Source: Kiritimatiellia bacterium | Lineage (GTDB): Bacteria > Verrucomicrobiota > Kiritimatiellia > WLWN01 | Assembly: GCA_012103575.1 (NCBI GenBank) | Contig: WLWN01000001.1 | Span: forward strand, 1,484,538-1,548,537 | Reading direction: 5' to 3' | Length of the DNA stretch: 64,000 nt | In this document: positions 1 through 13,300 of the stretch, in pieces | How the letters are laid out: each line of letters begins with the position of its first letter | Position numbering within the stretch: position 1 is the first letter of the stretch | Notes under the pieces: generated by a model | Seen by the model: only the letters and a program-made list of their open reading frames with translations | What the model was told of the DNA's origin: nothing | The model's database searches: none | Translations under genes and position numbers: made by a program

Positions 1-3000
1 AAAACGTCCATGACCTTATTATCAGGTTCCAGAAACGCGATTTCCTCAGCATGCTCTAAGAGCGGATATAAAGCTTCCAGGCGCTTTTCCTCCACGCTAT
101 CGAACAGATCTTTTAAGCTCGGTATGTGATCGCATCCTGCCTGTTGATAGTTCTTTCGGATAACCCGTAAGTACGAATTCGGCAGGTACGGGGACGTAAA
201 TGCTCCGGCAAATAGTTGACATGGCAAAGGTAATTTACATTCTTGCAGGTGTAACGCCCACCCATAAGCTATCAGAGCCCCTACGCTGTGCCCATACAGG
301 GCATAAGGGTGATCTAGCTCAGAGGCTAATACTTCGGTCAGCACTCTTGAATACTCTTCAATCTCTTCAATAGGCGTCTCAAGAAGACGATCTTCACGCC
401 CGGGCAAATGAACCGGAACGACTTCAATCTTATCGGACATTTGCCCCTGCCAATCACGATAGATCGAAGCGGCTCCGCCGCCATAAGGAAAACAGTACAG
501 TCGCAGTTCGGCCTGTTTTCTCTTAGGACTTCGTATCCATTTCTTTTTATCGAGCGAATACTCTGTTAAGGTTCTGAACAAAGAGTCTGTAGGCCCTTTT
601 CCTTTGGCAGCTCTTTCTTGTAATCCTGCACAGACAAGCTGCTTACGTAGTTCTTCACTCAATTCGGTAATACTCGGTCCTTGAATTAACATGCCCACAG
701 AAATATCCAAGCCTAATCCTTGATCCAGTTTGTTTTTAAATTCCAAGCCCATTAAAGAGTCCATACCCATATCGAGCAGGGATTCGGTCACACTAAGTTC
801 TCCGGACGGTAATTTCAACAGACCGGACAGGTTTGTTCGAAGATAGTTTTCGATGTGATCAATTTGCTCTACTTCGGAGGCCGTTCCCCGCATCACAGCG
901 AGGAACTCTTCGTTGCGTTGCCCTAAAGAGGGACCACTGGCTTTTCTCAAAGCTTCTTTATGAGCTACGGTCAGCTCCTTCATCTGATAGTTTTTACTCC
1001 TGGCGAGCACTCCGCCTTTATCGGTGTAGAGCGTAAGACTTCCTTGCAATAGCCCTTTTTCATTGGGCATTCCGCTCGAACAGGCATGGCACCATAGAGG
1101 CGTTGTTAACTCGGCTTGTTCGAAGGTCAGTTCTCCAAGTTGGGTGACCATAAAACTGGAATCGCCCGCCACCGTCTCAGCCAACGTCGCGTGAAATAGC
1201 TGGGCGCATGCATCCCATATACCTGGGTGAAAAGGGTTTTGGTACGCTGAGCTTTGCTCTGGGTCTGTGGCCATTCGAAATTGGGCTAAGGCCTCTCCTG
1301 CTTTACTCCATACGTATTCTATCCATTGCACCGATCGGCCTAGTTTAATGCCTCGTTCTTCCATGCTTTGATAGAAAACCAGACCCGATTGACCTTTCTT
1401 GAGTTCTTCCTGGAACGCCGTCAAGGAGCGCTTTTGTTCGGACTGATCGATAAAGTCCACGGCCCCATGCACATGTTTCGTCCATTGCTCTGATTTTTGA
1501 TTCCGACTATGAAACGAAAAATTCAGGCCGACTTCAGCCGGTTCAAGCAGGAGTTGAACCTCGACCTCTTCGGTATCAGGAATCATCAACGCCACCTCAA
1601 AAGCCATCTCTCGAATCCGAAAGTCTCGGGTTCCACTTTTTTCCATCCCGGATTGCAACATCTCTAAAAGATATCCGATATGAACCACTCCATGCGTATC
1701 TTTCAGCTCGGGCGTTTGGGATAAACTCAGTTTATAGTGTACCTGTTTTACTTTGGACGGGCTTACTTGAAGCTGACCGATAAAGGGATGAGGGGCCCGC
1801 GTCTTCGAGGAAATGGGCTGGGGAACCCGTACTTCATAGCCTTCCTCCAGTCGCGGGATCCAATACGATCGTTTTCGAAACGGATAGGTCGGAGCCGGCA
1901 CTTTTCTTCGGCAACTTCCTTCATCATATCCTTTCCAATCCACTCCATGGCCTAAACTATAAAATTGCGCTGCCGCGTGAACGAATCCGTTCTCTATTGA
2001 AGCGATATCATACAACATCTTATAGGGCATGGACGTTAAGGCCTCTCCATATAATTGTTTCAGTAAACAAGGGGTTGTATGCAGCTCACACAGGATCGCA
2101 TTTTCTGTGGGCAGCAGCTTCTTCACATCCTGAGGCTGCGATGTTTGATCGTAGGCCTGCTCGATCAAGCCTTCATCGGTTAGATCGCTTCTGTTCAGCG
2201 CTTTCTTTTTCCCGGGCCATATGACCCGAACTCTTGGCATGGTCAAGGAATGTCGGGGCAGCTCTGCGAAGGACTCGGGGGCATAACGATGCACAAGATG
2301 TGGCACGGCCTCTTCCAAAGGTAATAGACCACTGGCAGCTGTCATGGAATACAACCCATCTTTTTGAGCATATACGCTATGTATTTGGATGCCCCAATGT
2401 TCCAATAACCGGAAGCTAGCGTAGGCAAAACTGAAGGTTAAAGCTGCATGGCTCAAGGTGTTCTTCACCGACGGGTCCTCGAGATTCGAGTTCACTTCCA
2501 CTAAACTTTTATGGATGTGGGGTTCAAACAACTCTTCACACTTTTCCCACGTTTTCCGAAAATAAGGCGTGGTGTCCAGAAAAGCTGGCAACCTTTTTAT
2601 CTCTTCGATCATCTCACCCGGAAAGAAAACGGTGATTTTGGCGGCTTTACCCGAAGGCGCATCATCATAATAGACACATGTAGAGGGTTTTTGAGTCTCT
2701 TGAAACCTCACCAGCCCCGACAACAATTCGTCTTGATCCGACCCCACACAGGCCATGCGATGGGCAAAATGAGAACGTCCCGCATTCGCCGTAAAGGCTA
2801 AAGACCCTATATCCATTGAGGGCGAATTTGTTAAAAAATGCCTATACGCTTCGGTTAACTCGGATAATGCCTCGGGGTTTTGGGCTGATAGCGTCAGGAT
2901 ATGCAGGGGCCTATCGGTTTTTCCGGCCGGGCTCTCCGAACACGTCTCTGGCGCTTCTTTGACGATCACATGTGCATTGGTACCGCTAAAACCGAAAGAA

Positions 3001-4319
3001 CTGACTCCCGCCAGACGAGGCGCCCCCTCCGGCGTTTCCCAATCCCGGTATGATGAGGGTAACAGGGCGGGTATAGCCTCCAGTTTTACCCTCGGGTTGA
3101 GTTCAGGACAGTTAATATGCGGTGGGATAGCCTTGTGCTGTAAGCACAACACCGTTTTGATCACTCCGGCAATACCCGCGGCCGCTTCCAAGTGACCTAT
3201 ATTGGCTTTGCATGTGCCCATCATCAAGGGGTTGTCTTGCCTTCGGTTTTGCCCGAAGACTTGTTTTAAAGATTCGAATTCAATCGGATCGCCAAGGGCC
3301 GTTCCCGTCCCATGCGCCTCCAGATAACTGATATCTTCGGGTTCTATGCCGGCTCGTTGAATCGCCTGTTTAAGAAGCGCTTTCTGCGCCTGACCGTTGG
3401 GAACGGTTAACCCACTGCTCGCTCCATCATGATTCACCGCCGATCCTTGTATGAGCGCTAAGATAGGATCCTGGGCACGCTGTGCCGCGCTCAAACGTTT
3501 GAGGACAATCAGACCGGCTCCCTCCCCGCGACCATAACCATCTCCATTGGCCGAGAAAGGCTTACAACGTCCATCCCGGGAAAGGGCCTGCATTTGGCAA
3601 AGTCCTACAAACGATTGAGGCCTCAGCATTAAGCCCACACCGCCGGCCACCGCAAGTTCACACTCATCGTTGTACAAACTTTCACAGGCCTGATGAATCG
3701 CGACCAATGATGACGAACAGGCGATATCAAAAGACAGGGCTGGGCCGTGGAAGCCAAAGACATGGGCAATGCGTCCCGACGCCATATGAGACGTGACACC
3801 TGTTATGGAATAGGGGCTGGTCTTTTCCGGATCTCGAGGCAGCATGGCATATTCCGAACCAATGATACCAATAAACGTACCTGCCGACTTCCCTTCTAAT
3901 TCACCCGGCGCCTGTCCGGCCCGCTCCATCGCTTCCCAGGTCAGTTCTAATAACAGGCGTTGCTGCGGATCCATTTCCTCGGCTTCCCGCGGAGAAATAT
4001 TAAATAACTTAGGATCAAACAAAGAGACATCTTCGGTTAAAAAGTTGCCTTGTTGAATGTAGAGTTTATTCGGTTTAACCTCTTCATCATAAAAGGCCCG
4101 GTTATCCCAACGCTTGGAGGGCACATCAGATAGGCCCTCTTGGCCAGCTTTGAGAAGGTTCCAAAACTTTTCAGGCGTATTGCACCCCCCGGGAAAGCGA
4201 CAGGCCATACTAATAACGGCCAGAGGTTCACGAACCTTTTCCCTCTTTAACGCTTGTTTCAAGCTCCTGATATGGGCCAAGGACTTTCTTAATAACATGG
4301 GTTGAGTCTGTTCAATCAT
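1..4319 (-). CDS. Polyketide synthase, terminal module, partial (C-terminus beyond window start): KS, degenerate AT-like region, DH-like region, ACP, thioesterase
   Basis: Minus-strand start ATG at 4319-4317 ('MIEQTQPMLLRKS...VISMACRFPGG'), overlapping the upstream PKS stop in an ATGATTGA arrangement. KS motifs 'DIACSSSL', 'EAHGTGTALGDP', 'KANIGHLEAAAG'. AT-like stretch 'ITVFFPGE...FAYASFRLLEHWGIQIHSVYAQ' lacks GQGSQ and GHSxG. ACP 'GMDSLMGLEF' near 700-790. TE 'YGHSVGALIAY' near 200-260. The ORF track misses it because the stop lies outside the window. Confidence 0.85.
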   Translation of the reverse strand, partial: MIEQTQPMLLRKSLAHIRSLKQALKREKVREPLAVISMACRFPGGCNTPEKFWNLLKAGQEGLSDVPSKRWDNRAFYDEEVKPNKLYIQQGNFLTEDVSLFDPKLFNISPREAEEMDPQQRLLLELTWEAMERAGQAPGELEGKSAGTFIGIIGSEYAMLPRDPEKTSPYSITGVTSHMASGRIAHVFGFHGPALSFDIACSSSLVAIHQACESLYNDECELAVAGGVGLMLRPQSFVGLCQMQALSRDGRCKPFSANGDGYGRGEGAGLIVLKRLSAAQRAQDPILALIQGSAVNHDGASSGLTVPNGQAQKALLKQAIQRAGIEPEDISYLEAHGTGTALGDPIEFESLKQVFGQNRRQDNPLMMGTCKANIGHLEAAAGIAGVIKTVLCLQHKAIPPHINCPELNPRVKLEAIPALLPSSYRDWETPEGAPRLAGVSSFGFSGTNAHVIVKEAPETCSESPAGKTDRPLHILTLSAQNPEALSELTEAYRHFLTNSPSMDIGSLAFTANAGRSHFAHRMACVGSDQDELLSGLVRFQETQKPSTCVYYDDAPSGKAAKITVFFPGEMIEEIKRLPAFLDTTPYFRKTWEKCEELFEPHIHKSLVEVNSNLEDPSVKNTLSHAALTFSFAYASFRLLEHWGIQIHSVYAQKDGLYSMTAASGLLPLEEAVPHLVHRYAPESFAELPRHSLTMPRVRVIWPGKKKALNRSDLTDEGLIEQAYDQTSQPQDVKKLLPTENAILCELHTTPCLLKQLYGEALTSMPYKMLYDIASIENGFVHAAAQFYSLGHGVDWKGYDEGSCRRKVPAPTYPFRKRSYWIPRLEEGYEVRVPQPISSKTRAPHPFIGQLQVSPSKVKQVHYKLSLSQTPELKDTHGVVHIGYLLEMLQSGMEKSGTRDFRIREMAFEVALMIPDTEEVEVQLLLEPAEVGLNFSFHSRNQKSEQWTKHVHGAVDFIDQSEQKRSLTAFQEELKKGQSGLVFYQSMEERGIKLGRSVQWIEYVWSKAGEALAQFRMATDPEQSSAYQNPFHPGIWDACAQLFHATLAETVAGDSSFMVTQLGELTFEQAELTTPLWCHACSSGMPNEKGLLQGSLTLYTDKGGVLARSKNYQMKELTVAHKEALRKASGPSLGQRNEEFLAVMRGTASEVEQIDHIENYLRTNLSGLLKLPSGELSVTESLLDMGMDSLMGLEFKNKLDQGLGLDISVGMLIQGPSITELSEELRKQLVCAGLQERAAKGKGPTDSLFRTLTEYSLDKKKWIRSPKRKQAELRLYCFPYGGGAASIYRDWQGQMSDKIEVVPVHLPGREDRLLETPIEEIEEYSRVLTEVLASELDHPYALYGHSVGALIAYGWALHLQECKLPLPCQLFAGAFTSPYLPNSYLRVIRKNYQQAGCDHIPSLKDLFDSVEEKRLEALYPLLEHAEEIAFLEPDNKVMDV

Positions 4320-7300
4320 AACGCTTTCCTTGAAGTTCATTGAGTAAATCGCGTTTAACATCTTCATCAGATAATGCGTCAATATCTCTATATACGGAAA
4401 CATCAAACAAATCCCCATCGAATAATTCGATCAACGCAATCTCCGTTTCTGTATCTATTTCTTCGGTTGGCTCCATCAGCCTATCCTGTGAGGGCACTGT
4501 TTGCTGATATAAGTCCTCCCAGGGGATGATCTCTAAAACGTGATCTGTTAATCGAGGCGCCGTTGGATAGTCGAACAATACTGTATCGGACAAGGTGGTC
4601 AGTCCGAACTGTCTGCGACAATCCTGTATCAGTTTTTCTGCTTGAATCGACTCCATGCCCATATTAAAAAATCCCGTTTCCAGATCAACGTCTTCGGTCG
4701 ATGCAAATCCTAAGAGCGCCTTGACTTGTTCTACGATCCATTCTTCTACTTCTTCTTTTCTATCCATGTCCGATAGATCGAGCAATGCTGCTACAAAAGT
4801 AGAGGTCTCTGACCTCGATGGAGGGGGGACCCTTTCAACCCCATTAGCCTGTTTAAGAAAAGAGGTGTCCTCTTTTGCCTGATCTGATACGGATATTATG
4901 GGGCCGGCAAGGGGGTTGCTTAGCCTGCCATTTTGACCCCCGCCTTCTTCTTTTTTGGCTTTGTTTTTCTCGACAATTTCTGTCATCCAATACCGTCTCT
5001 TCAAAAACGGATAGTTAGGCAGAGGCAAACATACACTCCCCCCATTATCTTCATATAGCCTTTCCCAGGGGATCAGCGTCCCCTGCACCCACAGCTGGGC
5101 TAATCGTTCCATCTTTCTTTTTTTCAGTAAGCTAGCCAAATAGTCCTGATCCTCTTTCACACCGTTCAACTTGAGCGCAGCTCCCACTTTTTCCGTATCC
5201 GCTTCATAATATTTCGTCTCTCGACCACCATTCCGGTCCTGATTGACATAGCCCTTCAATTGCTCGATCAAATCCGGTGTATCATTGACAACAAAGGCTA
5301 AACGATGGCGAAACAAGGCCCGTTTGGTTTGCAGGGTAAAGGCTAGATGCTGGATACTGGATACTGGACGCTGGATATTTGATTTTAAATACCCATGAAG
5401 ATTTCTGGCCAGTTCAAGCAGTTGGGACCGCACATGAGCCGAAAGCGGGATAACCACAGAAGATACCGCCCCGTCCATTGTTCGACCGTCTACCGGTTCA
5501 CCTTTCGACCTTTCACCTTTTTGACTTTTTGACTCATCGAGGTATTCCTCGATAATTACATGCACATTCACGCCACCGGCTCCAAAAGAACTGATTCCCG
5601 CACGTCGAGGCCATGCTTTCCCCTCTAGCCGAGGTTGTTCCCAAGTCGTCTTTTTTTCCTGAACATAAAAGGAAGAATTTTTGAAATCTATATTCGGATT
5701 CAACGGGCCATGTAATAAAGAAGGGACCAAAGTTTGGTGCTGCATTTGCAAAACCGTTTTTGTCAATTGCCCAATCCCGGCAGCCGCTTCCCCATGGCCG
5801 ATGTTCGATTTCACCGATCCGATCGCGCAGAATTGTTTTTTGTCTGTATGCTGTGTATAAACGTCCATAAGCCCTTGAATTTCGATCGGATCACCTAAAG
5901 CCGTCCCGGTTCCGTGCGCCTCAACATAGCTAATACTCTCAGGAGAAATACGGGCTTGGGCCAGCGCAGCTCCAATCGCTTTTGATTGAGATACAGGATT
6001 AGGTACTGTATAACTCTGAGTTTTGCCGTCATGGCTCACGCCCGTTCCTTTAATCACCGCTAAAATAGAATCCCCATCCGCTTTGGCCCGTTGATAAGGC
6101 TTCAACAATACCACCCCAACTCCTTCACTGGGAACATAGCCATCCCCATCAGCTGCAAACGCATGACAACGGCCATCACTGGAAGCAAAACCACCGGAGC
6201 AAAGGGTCGCATATTTACTCGGATGAAGCGTTAAATTAACGCCCCCCGCCAAGGCCAGACTACACGCTCCTCGCTTCAAGTTTTCACAGGCTTCATGAAT
6301 CGCAAATAAAGAGGAGGCACAGGCCGTATCCAGGGTAAAACTCGGTCCGGTGAAATTAAAAAAATAAGAAACCCGATTGGCAATCGAAAAGGTTTGTGAA
6401 TTCGCCGGATAACTGGGGCCAGGGCCAGCGGCCTCGGCCATCAACAATTGGTAATTATTAAAGGTGACACCGGCAAACACCCCGATGTTTCGGGCTTCCC
6501 TTTGCCAATGAGGATGGATAAAGCCGGCTGTTTCCAGACATCCCCAAGCCATTTCCAGGAAAAGCCGCTCCTGGGGATCCATAAAACGTGCGTCTTGAGG
6601 CGAAATATTAAAAAAGAGCGGGTCAAATTGATCCACCCCATCAAGAAACCCTCCCCATTTGCAATAGAGGGAATCCGTCCGGCCTTTTTCGGTATTAAAA
6701 TATGAACGATAATCAAATCTGTCTCGTGGAATCTCGGTAATACAATCCTTCCCCTGACTCAAATTATCCCAAAATGCCATCAGATCAGGGGCCTGTGGAT
6801 ATCGTCCACTCATCCCAATAATCGCGATATCCTCATTGGAAACCTGTTTTCCGGAGAACCTCGCGGAGAAACGCGCATGCCCAAAGGAGGTCAGATCCTT
6901 GGAGTGTTGTACCTTGACCTTGCCATTCAATGAGCGCGCACCTATTTTCCGGGGCTGCTCTGCGATCATCATATCTGCAGCATAAGCCTCGCTTAAAAAC
7001 TTCGCCAGAGAAGACAAGGTTTTGTATTTAAAAAAGAGGGTGGCATCTAATTTACCCAACCACTTTTCTACTTGTTGATTCAACGTCGTAATCATAATCG
7101 AATCTAAGCCCAATTCTTCCAGATCGGCTTCTACATTGATTTTTTCCTTGGGAATTTGTGTGATTTCAGTAACGATAGATGTCAACTTATTCAGCGCATA
7201 AGACCTTGCATCGACGTTGGAGAGCTCATTTTTTCCTTGGACTTCTTTATCCGTCTGATTACCGGCGCGGGCTTCTTGCTCTTGGGTGGAATCTTCGGTA

Positions 7301-10300
7301 AAGGGTTCCAGATATGTCTGCATTTCCATGGCCTTCATGCGCACACAAACATGGCCGAGATCATCGCATAGATCTATATCCAATTTCAGCGCCTGTTTCG
7401 ATGATGGGCTGCCCTGGCAGGATTGCACCCACGCCCACATCGACTCGGTACAACGATCAAGGATTTCAAGGCGTTCCAAGGAGGCTAAGAAGGGTTCTTG
7501 GTCTCCTCCTTCGCTCAAAGAGCTGCGAAAGACAGGCTTGGTTATTGGCTTGTCCTCCATAGCTTCCCCCTTCGCGCAGCGCGCGGCGGAGGAAAAGTCG
7601 GTGAACAAGTCAGCCGAGGAGGATTGTTGGTTAGCAAAGTTTAAGCCGATAGAGGCCTGAAGAGCCGAGTCCAACAGGCTGGGGTGCAGGGTGAACGGGT
7701 CCTTCGTATCTGCTATTGAGGAAGGCAGCGTCAGCTTGGCCAACACTTTATTCTCACCAACATAAAGTTTTTCGATCCCTTTATGAGCAGGCCCATACTC
7801 AATACCCATCCTTTTAAAGGCTGCATAGCACTCATCAGCGCTTAAAACACGTTGAGTACATGTTTCCTGTAGACCTTGGACATCGATGGGTTCAGCGGTT
7901 GGAGCCCCCTCAGAGGTCTCGACTCCACACACTTCCACCACCCCTTGACTATGTACAACTCTGGTATCCATGCCGTCGCGAAGCTGTTGTTGTGGAACCG
8001 TAGTTACGGAACCGTTGTCCTTCTCTAGCTCGCTATAGATTTCGTACTGAATCTCCCCATTCTCTTCGGGGAAGAGCCCAATATTCACCTGCCTGGGGTG
8101 GCCATTCACCGCAATCGGCATGGCCCAAACAACATTTTTAAGCTCAATTCTCTGAGGATCTTTGGCCCACTCTCCACAGGCTTGTTTGACGGCTTCTCGG
8201 GCCATTTCCAGATAAGCCGCGCCAGGGAGAACTTTTTCGCCTCTCACCTGGTGATCGGCAAAGAAAAACTCTTTGCCCGTAAAGGTTGAACTGAAACGCA
8301 GCTCGGATACGTCCGAGGTATTTTCATGCAACAACGGATGGAGTTCTTTCCCCGTTTCCGCATTCCGAACTCCGGACTCCGCATTTCCTTTGATCCAATA
8401 TCGTACCCTCGCAAACGGATAGGAGGGAAGACTGATGCGACGAAGTGGGGTATCGCCATACAACTTGTTCCAGTCAAGAATCAGACCCTTAACCCATAGA
8501 TCTAAGAGTTTGGAGTATTTCCCTTTACGAACCCACATATCAATGATTTTGGCCATGTCCTCATCGGCCGTGAAGACGTCCAATGTCTCTTTATTTCGTT
8601 TCACTTGGCCCAAATAAAGATCCTCCACATCTTCTTTACCATCCATAAAACGTTGGAGCTTTTCTTTAAGTTCTTCCATGGAATGAACTATCAAACCCAA
8701 CCGCTCTTCCATGGCTTCGCGACCGACCTGGAGGGTGTAGGCCACATCTTGAAGACATGGCGTCAAAGGTTGGAGATAATCAATAAGATGTTGGACATAG
8801 GCTTTGAGCCGGTCTTCATCTTTCGCCGACAGCACGATCAAATAGGGACCTTCTTTACTTTGTGACTTTGGACCTTCAACCTTTGACTCATCGAGGTATT
8901 CCTCGATGACCGCATGCGCATTCACCCCTCCCGCTCCAAACGAAGAGACTCCGGCAATCCGAGGGTATTCTTTTGTTTCCCCCTTGATCGTAAGGGTGGG
9001 TCGCTTCCAGTCCTCAAGTTGTTGTTGGACAATAAACGGCGTTTTGCTAAAATGAATGTTCGGATTCAATTCCATGGCATGCAGGCTGGGAGCAAGCTGC
9101 CCATACTTCATTTGGAGCACAATCTTAGTAAGCCCCGCAATCCCCGCCGCCGCTTCCAGGTGACCCACATTGGATTTTGCCGAACCCAACGCACAGAAGC
9201 CGGTATCCAACGTATCCTTTTGAAAAGCCTGTGTCAGTCCTGTCACTTCAATCGGATCGCCTAACTCCGTCCCGGTTCCATGCGCCTCCATATAACTAAC
9301 GCTCCGAGCGTCAATCCCGGCTTTTTCCAATGTCTCTCGAATCAGCGCACCCTGGGCTTTGGGGCTGGGAACCGTATAGCCATTGGTTTTACCACCATGA
9401 TTCACACTGGTTGCGCGGATCACAGCGTAAATGTGGTCCTGATCTTCAATCGCTTTCGATAATCTTTTCAGCAACACGACTCCAACACCTTCTCCAGGAA
9501 CAAACCCATTCCCCCCTTTCCCAAAACTTTTGCACTGTCCATCTTTCGAGAGCATCTGTTGTGCGCATAGCTCTATATACGTCGAAGGATGAAGATATAA
9601 ATTCACTCCACCCGCTATCGCCAATTCGCATGCTCCGTGGCGCAAGTGCTCACACGCTTCATGAATCGCGGTTAACGAGGAGGAACACATCGTATCAATC
9701 GGCATACTGGGGCCTTGTATATTCAGGAGATAGGAGACACGGTTGGCCACCGAACTGAATGATGTATGCGGAGAGATACCCCCCCTCTGTTTCTTCAGTT
9801 CAGGCCCATACAAATTAAACCCAGTTTTGGTAATGCCTGCAAAAACACCAACACGTTGGTTAAACTGTGTTGCGAGATGCTCTCTGGTGCAGCCCGCGTC
9901 TTCTAAGGCTTCCCAGCAGGACTGAAGAAACAGCCGTTCCTGCGGATCTATATTCATCGCTTCCCGGGGTGAAATATTAAAAAAGAGCGGATCAAAGTCC
10001 GCAAAGCCTTCCAAAAAACTCCCCCATTTGCTGTAACTCTTTCCTTGAGCCACTGCTTCCTGGGGATCCTCATGGAAAAAGCCATTCAACGACCAACGTT
10101 CCGGAGGAATCTCGGTAATACAGTCTTTGCCGGACTTTAAATGCTCCCAATATTCTTCTATCGTGTTGGCTTGGGGATAACGGCCGCTCATCCCGATAAT
10201 AGCCATCGGATCTTGAGTTCCGGTTCTGCTCATGCTCACGGAAAGTCCACGCCCGCAACCTTGCGTTGATTTTAGAGCCCTCAGAACGGGAAACTCTTCG

Positions 10301-13300
10301 GCTATAGACAGTACCGATCGATTCGGAAGCAGGTACGCTTGCTCTTGAAGACCCGCCCATTGAGCACAAGCTTGCGGATAATCAGCTATAAAATAGTCTG
10401 TTAATGCTTTTAATGTTTGATATTCAAAAAACAAGGTTTTGGAAATCTCTCCAAACACGCCTTCCAGTTTCTGATTCAGCTGCGTGATCAATATCGAGTC
10501 GATCCCATAACGCTCCAAGGGCTCTTCCGAATCGATTTTCGAGATAGATAGCTTGATCATTTCTCCAAACAGTTTTTTGAATTCATACAAGGTTTTTTCT
10601 TGCAAAAGGTGAGGGTCCATGGCCGGTACGGGTGATTCTTTGACAGGCACTACGGTTTGATCGGCAAGGAAAACGTTTCTTATCTTCTCTACATCCCCCT
10701 CCATGACCATCACTTGAGAGGTTCCCGAAGATAAGCCCTGATAAAACGCTTCGATCCCGGTGGATGTTTGCATCGCCACCATGCCCGTTCTCTCTGTGAT
10801 CATCTGCTCGGTGGCTTCATCCACGCTCATTCCCCCTTCTTTCCATAACGGCCAATTCATCGAAAGCGTTTGGCCGCTTCTCTCTGAGTCTATTCGAACA
10901 TTGCGATACCTGGCAAAAGTATCCATAAACGCATTGGCCGTGGCGTAGTCCGCTTGACCCACGTTGCCGATAGCTCCGGATACGGAGGAAAACAAAACAA
11001 AAAAGTCTAAAGACAGATCCTGCGTGGCTTCATCCAGATAAATGACTCCCTCCACCTTCGGCTTTAGCGTCTCTTCAAACTCTTCCCGGGGTTTCTTCAA
11101 AATAAAATTGTCCCGAATCAATCCCGCGCTATGAAGAATGCCATTGATTCCCCCAAAATCGTTTCGAGTCTCTTCAATGAGCCTTTCAACCGCTTGTTGA
11201 TCGGAAACATCCACAGTATGGTATTCAACGTTTGCTCCCAGGCTTTCTAATTCTTTGAGCTTTTCTTTGATCGGTTCGCTGAGCTCTGAACGACCCGTGA
11301 GGATCAGTCTTGCGCTTTTCGTTCTTTCCGCAATCTCTTTGGCAAAGATCAGGCCCAGTCCTCCAGCGCCACCGGTGATTAAATAGACACCTCCTTCTTT
11401 CCAGGGAATCTCTTTCTGAGCATGAGCCGTTGACCTTTCTTCAAAAACCTGCACTAGACGTTTGGTTCCTTCATAGCGAATACACTGATCTTCCGGACAT
11501 TTTACATTCTCTTGGAGTCTAGAGATGATTTCTTTGGGTGGTTCTTCTTCGCCCACTGCAATCACCTGACCCATGAGTTTAGGGTTTTCCAAATGAGCGG
11601 TCTTTAACAACCCTGAAACCCCTGAAAAAGTTTGTTCGAACCCTTCAGCGGGAACCAATACCTGGAGCAAAACAGGACCTTCAGGTTTGCCCTCCACTAT
11701 CTTCTGAGTGCGTTTAAACAGGTCCAAGGCAAACTCTTCAAAGCGTTTTCCAAGCCTTTTTTGATCCGGCTTCAGTTCTATAAAAGATCGTTCAGAGGCT
11801 CTATGACCTACGGATTCATTCCTTTGAGTTAAACCGCACAAGAACACTTGATGGTCCGCATATTCGGGGATGTTTTGCTTTGGATCAACCGCTCTTTCTC
11901 GCCAAACCGGCTGGAACATCAAAGTCCCTGTCGTTTCCGATTTTTCTAAGACTCCTTCCGGGGTTTGGGAAAAGAAATCTCTCAGCTTCACACACACCTT
12001 CCCATTCTCATCACACAGATCAATGTCCAACTTCTGGACACGGGCCGTTGTTCCGCTGCTACCGGAACGGTGTACATGAGCCCACATTTTTTCTGAGCAG
12101 TAATCTATGATTTCAAGGCGGTTCAAGGAGGCTAAGAAGGGTTCTTGGTTTCCTTCTTTGCTCAAAGAGCTGCGAAGGACAGGCTTGGTTGTTGGGTTGT
12201 CCTCCATAGCTTTCTCCTCCGCCAAGCCTTTAGTGAACAAGTCAGCGGAGGCAGATTTTTGGTTCGTAAAGCCTGAGCCGATAGCAGCTTGAAGAGCTGA
12301 ATCCAAAAGGCTGGGATGAAGGGTGAATTGGTCTTTGGTCTCCAACACGCAAGAAGGGATCTTTAATTGGGCCAACACTTCATCATCGCCAACATAGAGT
12401 TTTTCTATTCCTTGGTGAGCGGGACCATATTCAATGCCTATTTTTTTAAAGACCGTATAGCATTCCTCGGCGCTTAAAACACGTTGAGTACACGTTTCCT
12501 GAAGGGCTTTCAGATCGAGCTTAGGGTGTTGGTCCGCTGAGGCGAACACCGCCACCCCTTGACTGTGCACGACGATTTCATCTTTTGAACTTTTTTCGTG
12601 TTTCGAATCTCGAAGTTCGAATTTCCCATCCACCGGAGGGGCCGTGTAGATTTCATAGGCGATTTCTCCATTATCTTCAGGGTAAAGCCCAATATGGACA
12701 TCCTGAGGTTGATCGTCCACAGCAAACGGCCACGCCCACACCACATTTTTGAGCTCTATTATTTGATTCTCTTTAGGAAATTCTCCAGAAGCCTGCTCTA
12801 CTGCCGCGCGCGCCATCTCCAGGTAAGCGACTCCAGGTAAAACCTTTTCTCCCTTTACCTGATGATCTTCCAAAAAGAACTCCTTACCGGTAAACATAGA
12901 GCTGAATCGCTGCTCTTCCAATGTCGAGGTATTCTCATGAACGAACGGATGCAGCCTCTTACTGACCATATCTTCGGCCATGCCGTTGGCTTGGCAAACT
13001 TGGTAAGCCTCTGACTTCTGTCTTCTGCCCTCTGTCCGTTCTACCCAATATCGCTCTCTTTCAAAGGGGTACGTAGGAAGGGATACCCTGTAACTAATTT
13101 TTGGATTGGCAAGGTTCGACCAATTCACCTTATAGCCCTGAACAAAAGCTTCTGCTAGTGTGAATAAATCTTTGTGATAGTTCGACTCATCTTTTGTCCG
13201 TTTATTTTCAAGTTTCGCTAAAATTTGATCACATTTTTCTTTGGTCTCTGTTGAGGCTTTAGAAGACCTTGAACTATACATGACTGAGTCCCGGCATGTT

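Noticed and set aside
833-4305. Plus-strand ORFs of 60-100 aa inside the 1-4319 region (833-1036, 1737-1955, 2511-2801, 3844-4056 and others)
   Set aside because: They are antisense to a continuous minus-strand PKS reading frame with clear KS, ACP and TE motifs. Their translations are low-complexity and Arg/Ser-rich.
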